The notes under the pieces were generated by a model that saw nothing but the letters and a program-made list of their open reading frames with translations, did no database searches and was not told where the DNA came from. A stretch of DNA of 63,579 nt, the filler included, from Perkinsus chesapeaki ATCC PRA-425 (lineage: Eukaryota; Protista; Perkinsozoa), in NCBI GenBank assembly GCA_013115145.1. It is 6 parts of 6 records of this genome, joined end to end, with 100 filler letters (N's around TTAATTAATTAA, not from the genome) between each part and the next. Parts side by side here need not be neighbours in the genome. Positions count along the whole stretch, not along the records: positions 57,606 to 58,731 come from JAAPAO010002180.1; positions 58,832 to 63,579 come from JAAPAO010001230.1; 4 more parts are not named here. One strand, given 5' to 3'. The translations under genes were made by a program, and so were the position numbers. Positions 57,811 through 63,579 of this stretch are shown in pieces. Every line of letters starts with the position of its first letter. The stretch's first letter is position 1.

Positions 57811-58583
57811 TGCTGTATAATATTATTCACCTTCGTATCTCTGCTGTTGTTCAGACCCTTCGAATACGGTTACATCATGTCCCCTTCTAAGATAGGCTAT
57901 CGGTCAGTCGATGACCAGCCAGAGGTTAATTTGCGGTTTGTTATGCCGGGCACGTATAAGGTAGTGAAGCAAGAGGGGTGCTACGCGGCGATATTATGTT
58001 AAAGACACCGACAAATTTCAATAGGGAACATGCTTCTAGTGGGAAAAAGAGCATCCTGTCGCCTGGCTTGGTACTTAGGATTTCCTAGGGCGCTCTAGTT
58101 TCAGCGTATATCGATTACAGGATGAGTAAAGATATTGGATAATGCCTCCAAGGTGGTCATGCTGGAATCTACTTTCGAGGGTTCGAAAAATAAGGAGTTT
58201 CGAGGGTCGATAAAATTCAACGAGTGACATCCGGTCAAAAGGCGATTGTCGAATATAGGTATTCGACAATATAGCTTTCATCGGTATTTTTTATATTGGA
58301 TGACTGCGTCTAGCGTCATCTTTTATAGGTATTTGCTTGGATACAGCGAACTGATCCACACACGGGAGATGTCTATGAGAGCAGGTAATAGTGATTATAG
58401 TCGTGTGGTATTTGGTAGTGTATTATTTAGGACTCAATATTGCGTATTTGATGTCATCAACGAGCCTCTTAGTGCCGGGGGTAGTATAGGGAGGGGGAGG
58501 GGAACGCGTATGGTTATTCCACAAAATTATTACGCCACTTCCGCGCCACAATTTTCATACCACCTCGTAACATTTATATATTC

Positions 58584-58731
58584 TTTTTATGCCTCCACTT
58601 CCTCATTACATTTATATTTTATTTTTATGCCTCCACTTCCTAATTACATTTATATATCATTTTTATGCCTCCACTTCCTCATTACATTTATATATTATTT
58701 TTATGCCTCCACTTCCTCATTACATTTATAT
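58584..58731. repeat. 38-bp minisatellite, about 4 copies, runs into gap
   Basis: TTTTTATGCCTCCACTTCCTCATTACATTTATAT.. units. Confidence 0.95.
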
Positions 58732-58831
58732 NNNNNNNNNNNNNNNNNNNNNNNNNNNNNNNNNNNNNNNNNNNNTTAATTAATTAANNNNNNNNNNNNN
58801 NNNNNNNNNNNNNNNNNNNNNNNNNNNNNNN

Positions 58832-59421
58832 TCGAGGCTGCCGCCCCTGTACCAGAGGACCCAGTGGAGGCTGCCGCCCCTGTACCAGAGGACCCAGTGG
58901 AGGCTGCCGCCCCTGTGCCAGAGGACCCAGTGGAGGCTGCCGCCCCTGTACCAGAGGACCCAGTCGAGGCTGCCGCCCCTGTACCAGAGGACCCAGTGGA
59001 GGCTGCCGCCCCTGTACCAGAGGACCCAGTGGAGGCCGCCGCGCCGACACCTGCCGCATCTAATGTTGAATCTATCGAAGCACAAGTGATGGAAAAAGGC
59101 AAGGATGATTACGAAGATGATTTCGAGGATGATTTTCCATCCGATGATGACGTCCCTGATGAGCCCAAGGTCAACACCATGCATCGTGGAGATGATGTAT
59201 GGGGAGGCAACACTCCTCGAGATCACCACCCAACACATTCTAAGGGTGAGCCCAAGTCCGTCGATGTGACTAAGTCCGTCGATGTGACTAATGCTACTGA
59301 TGCCGTGGAAACTGTGCCTAGTGGTGACCAAACGAACGAAGCTGCACCGGCCGGGGAGGAACAGCCGAAGGAAAGTGCCGCTGAAGATGATTACGAGGAC
59401 GATTTTGAAGCCGCCGATTGA
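58832..59421 (+). CDS. C-terminal part of an acidic protein with 11-aa tandem repeats (VEAAAPVPEDP) and DDYEDDFE motifs
   Basis: Six full 33-bp units differ only at third codon positions; the frame stays open to TGA at 59421; possible in-frame 48-nt intron (GTATGG..CTAAG). The 5' end lies in the gap. Confidence 0.65.
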
Positions 59422-59637
59422 AGTAAGTAGATGGCTCCGGCGAAGTTGGCTGCTATGTCTTTCCTTTTTCAGTTAATTCATTTGATGATGCAGCACATTG
59501 TGCGGTTCCATGGCATGTAGCATTTGAGTTGTTCAATGTTGTTATGAAGGAAAGTGTTGGGTATACGAGTTCCGAACCAAATACGATCAAGAGAATGCGA
59601 AACTGCTCAGCTTAAAAAGTTATGAACAATCACACTT

Positions 59638-60954
59638 TTAATACTTATAAAAACCTTGGCCGGTTTTCTTTCCCAAGTGGCCAGCGTCCACATACATCTG
59701 CAACAGAGGCGCTGGTCTGTACCTGAGATACGCCATCGTAAACCAACAGCGATGAATGCAAATCTTACTTGTCGCCAAGTTCCCGGTGAAGTACTTGCAT
59801 TATGAACAAACAAGTGTCAAGCCCAATGAGATCTGCCAGTGCTAGCGGCCCCAGCGGGACATTAGTGCCTACGAATACGGCTGAGCAATAGCAATGTGGG
59901 CATCGTCCCCACCGAGCTTCATAATGGTGTCAATGTCTTCTTTACTGGACACACCATCCTGCAAGCAAATAATTGCCTCATTTATATACCTGAAAAAAGA
60001 GAAATCTCGAAAGCCGTGTATGGAGGCTTACGGCATCAGCAGGCGATTGGCGATGAACCCTGGGCGGTCTTCGCTGGTTGCCGCGACCTTCCCCAGCCTG
60101 GTCACAAAGTCCATGACCTCTGAATGTGTGGCATCCGAGGTGGAGAGGCCGCGAATGATCTGACAGACACGACGGAGAATTGGCAGATGACACTCCTTTT
60201 TGAAAACTGACCTCCACCAGCTTCATCACGGGTACTGGGTTCATGAAGTGCGTGCCGATAACCTGATGATGACAGTGACGGAAGAGCCAGACCGACGCCT
60301 AGCGACATGTACCCTATCTTCCCTCCCTTTAGCGTAGGCAGCTATCTTTGTTATGCTTATGCTGCTGGTATTCGTAGCGAGGATACACTGAGGGAACACA
60401 TTGACCAACGGAAGCTTTCGGGAAGTGTGAGACCACCTCCGGCTTGACGGTCTGTGCTAGCCTGGCGAATAGGGGCCCTTTGATGTCGATATTTTCAACG
60501 ATGGCTTCAACAACCATATCGCAGGAATCCAGTCCCTGTAGAGGAACTAGAAAATCGTCAACTGGGTTTAAGTGAGTACCACGGCGGAATCAACTGTGGC
60601 AAACGAAAGGCGTCCAATGAAGGCAGTGGCGTCCTCGGTAGACAACCTTCCTTTCGATTTCTCTTTCGCCAACCAAGTCTGAATACAACAGGAGGTACAA
60701 TCGGTCCGCTCAGAAGCAATAGGGGACGCACCGACCTCGACGAACTTCTCTGATCGCTTGAGAGCGTCCGCTGAGTTGTCCATCATCGTCACTGCACACT
60801 TGGCGTTCCTAAACGGGACCATTCGGATACAACAGGTGGTGGTTCCAGCGCACCTGGCAGCGACAATACCGATACCGGTACCCATCTGTCCAGATCCAAT
60901 AACATTAACACGAGATATACCAGCGAGAAGTGGATGACCGAAACGAACAAGCAT
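59638..60954 (-). CDS. 3-hydroxyacyl-CoA (3-hydroxybutyryl-CoA-type) dehydrogenase, multi-exon
   Basis: [11 protein letters not shown] (Rossmann), [62 protein letters not shown] and [14 protein letters not shown]. Confidence 0.92.
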
Positions 60955-61820
60955 TATTAAAACCAGGAAACGGAAGGCTGTTGGCTTCGGAAGATGCCAT
61001 TTATCATCGGGGCAGCTACAGTAGACAGAAAACTCTCACAAGGGCCGCCCCCCAGTCGCAACATATTATTGTCGCTGAGGTGAATGAAAGTGGATGAAGG
61101 GAAGACTACCAAAAACAACTGTGCTGTACGAGAATACGAGAACGGCCACAAAAGCGACTGGCTCAGAACACTTCTAATACATCTCTGTGTGAGATTTAAA
61201 ACCAGGTATACAGTATAATAGGATTCCACCGAGTTCTCATTTGGCTGACCTGAATCGAAGCTCGCAGAATCCGACGGAATAAGCAACTTGAAAAAGGAGG
61301 TGCTTCAGTGGTGCGCGGCGATTTGAATATGCAGTTCAACACCGGCTTGTGATGGGGACTGGAGCGGTACTTGGGAAGTATAATCCAGTTCTCATCTCAG
61401 ATTATTTAATACTCCCGGCAATCAACGGTGGCCTGTGACAGGTTCACGCAACACTGGTAATAAATATACTGAAGACTTAACCAAGGGACACGTCATTTCC
61501 GACGAGGCGTATAAAGCAAAGCCAACCTACTAGAGAGTGTCATCTGTCATTCACACCATAGCATCTACTCTAGCAGGGTCGGCACGCTTGGAGAGGACGT
61601 AGTGTGTGTCTGAAATAGGACGGAAATGCAGTAAGTGATGGCATGAAAATAAAACTCATATGATCGCATGGCTTCCACACGCCGGTGTGGAGTATGGCCA
61701 CTGATATGAGCAAGTAGTAGTTTCAGCAGTGGAAGATGTTTAACAGAAAGATTCGTTACGACAGATAATAAACGGCATCTAAAAGGATTGGACAGGCATA
61801 AAATAAAACTTTATGGTACG

Positions 61821-62651
61821 CTATTGGATCTTGACATCAGCGCAGTTCCAGAACTGTTCACCGTTCCTGGCGGTATCACAGCTATCCTTGGGAGAGTTGG
61901 ACTGATCCCAAGATGAATCGAGGGAAGGATACTTCCCCTTGAACATGGCAAAATATTCCTTATAGCCATCGACAAGACAAGAGTTGCCAGTAATCCAATT
62001 CCATTGAATGGTGCAGACATCACATGTTAGATCATCTGGTAGTTTGAATAACATTTTATAATTCATCATCCCACCAGAACCGAAGCTTTGCGGTGGAAGA
62101 TACCATCTCTCGGGATGGTTGGTATCGATAGGTTGACAGTCGTAGTTGCTGGCATCAATATTCTTTGAATTCTTACACTCCTCACGGTCATCAGGATTAG
62201 GTCTTAGTAGGAGATTCTCATTAAGGCATTTCTGACCATCTATTTGAGTGCTGAACTTGTCACCGTTTAGACCACCCTTGCAGATGCGGAACTCGAAGTG
62301 TCCCCAATGATGAACGGTCAGATGCATATCAATCTCAATAGTTTGTCCCTTCTTGTAAGTGGCAACGACTGGTCCTTGTTGCATGTAAGGTTGCTGATTG
62401 AGAGGGAGTAAATCACCACTGCCACCTTCCCATGGGTCACCACAAAGGCCATGAGTTCCCTCGGCATCGTGGTTATCTGGGAACGGGGCACCCTTAGCTT
62501 GGATCCTTCCCACAGCTCCGACACTATTGCCAGCTTGTGGGGTCCAGTGGTTCTTATCACCGGCAGCCTTATTACGAGCAGGAGGGTTTGAAATGAACCC
62601 ATGACCATTCACAGGAGCCAGAAGAGATAGGACGATGATGAATGGCAGCAT
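61821..62651 (-). CDS. Secreted lytic polysaccharide monooxygenase (chitin-binding type-4 fold, AA15-like), intronless
   Basis: Signal peptide ending VNG then His1 (HGFISNPPARN); second His in TVHHWGHFEFRIC; KLPDDLTCDVCTIQWNWITGNSC; EQFWNCADVKI. Confidence 0.88.
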   Translation of the reverse strand: MLPFIIVLSLLAPVNGHGFISNPPARNKAAGDKNHWTPQAGNSVGAVGRIQAKGAPFPDNHDAEGTHGLCGDPWEGGSGDLLPLNQQPYMQQGPVVATYKKGQTIEIDMHLTVHHWGHFEFRICKGGLNGDKFSTQIDGQKCLNENLLLRPNPDDREECKNSKNIDASNYDCQPIDTNHPERWYLPPQSFGSGGMMNYKMLFKLPDDLTCDVCTIQWNWITGNSCLVDGYKEYFAMFKGKYPSLDSSWDQSNSPKDSCDTARNGEQFWNCADVKIQ

Positions 62652-63579
62652 TTGCTGACGTGTTCAAAAGAAGGCTGAACTACGAGAGGTAAAAGGAACT
62701 AGCTTAACTGATAAGGAAGCGCGACCTGATGATAAGCACAACTGCACCACGTTGGACCGAGTCTCCCATCAGTATGTGACTACTATATCATACCTCAGAA
62801 TCACAAGACGAATGTTGTAAACGAAGTGCGAAAACAACCTGGTAAACCAATAATAAAGGCTAAGGTTGGTATTGTACCCGGTTGTGCATGCGTGCACTTG
62901 CACGCAGACGCATGAGTCAAAAGAGCACGAGGTGTGAAGAAAGTGTGTCAGAATCGCGAGACTATGCTCACTTCACCCCGCCCCCTCTTATTAGGCGCGT
63001 GAAGCGTAAGGCGTGGGATAGGTTCTCTTCCGCCAGAAGGTACCTGACGCTCGTTTGTATGGAACAAGCTGAGGTGCCAGCCTTGTGGGAAAGGCGCCTG
63101 GTGCGGGGACGGTGGAGGTAGAGCCCGATGGAAGCCTGGGTTGAGACTGGGTTGGAACGAACAACAGTTGTGCTGCGCGGAGTACAGACCTTGAATGGTT
63201 GGAGTACTGGGTCATGGGGCGATCTGCGACCCTCTGATCGGCCATCTGGACGTTTGCATACACATGACGGGCTCCAACTGCGAACGCCATTGCCACCGCA
63301 GCAGTGGTTTGAAATAAGGCAATGCTTAATCGTGGGTAAGTTCAGCTCCTCAAGGTGAAGCACAGAAAGCTGAGGCGGTGTTTCTTACTCGCGAGCCTGG
63401 TGAAGCACGAGGCCGCTCCGGAAATTAGGCGCACAAGGCAAGACGGATTTTACCTGTGCCAGCGACCTCCCACAGAGCTGCGTGGAGCTGCGCGGAAAGA
63501 ATCTATTAGATCTCTTTGCCCTTCTCGGATAGCTGGTGATATAGCTTCTTAGCATAAGGACGCCAGCGCACATTACCTG

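Noticed and set aside
58776-59331. Minus-strand repeat ORFs (GTGAAASTGSS and others)
   Set aside because: Antisense shadows of the plus-strand repeat, whose variation is synonymous in the plus frame.

Overview
Intron-rich eukaryotic genomic DNA, most consistent with a perkinsid alveolate such as Perkinsus. This is an inference from the ~40-50 nt GT-AG introns, the gene repertoire, and five N-gaps carrying an artificial TTAATTAATTAA linker. From left to right: five tightly packed minus-strand genes (RSP3-like, RSF1-like DDT/PHD, a PGYSGH-motif protein, CLN3/battenin, BTF3/NAC-beta) diverging from a gap-truncated axonemal dynein heavy chain. Next come a broken tyrosine-recombinase element, a gap-truncated ABCA transporter, two tandem NPEPL1-type M17 aminopeptidases, an intronless secreted S41/CPAF-like protease, and a decayed eIF4G-like gene abutting a MULE remnant with SWIM and PHD fingers. 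These are followed by a well-preserved hAT MITE, TRM10, a HflX GTPase (one intron holds a tRNA-Val, another is mostly an antisense tRNA 3' half), tRNA-Thr and a degenerate transposon zone. An RTEL1-like helicase holds two antisense tRNA-Leu genes in one intron, with partial copies of that region on both sides of the gene. The right end has a secreted hypothetical protein, minisatellites, an 11-aa-repeat protein, a 3-hydroxyacyl-CoA dehydrogenase and a secreted histidine-brace LPMO. Strongest leads: tRNA-hosting or tRNA-derived introns, reciprocal long/short introns in the aminopeptidase pair, and the secreted LPMO and CPAF-like protease. Exon boundaries were read by eye and family calls come from remembered motifs; no database searches were run.
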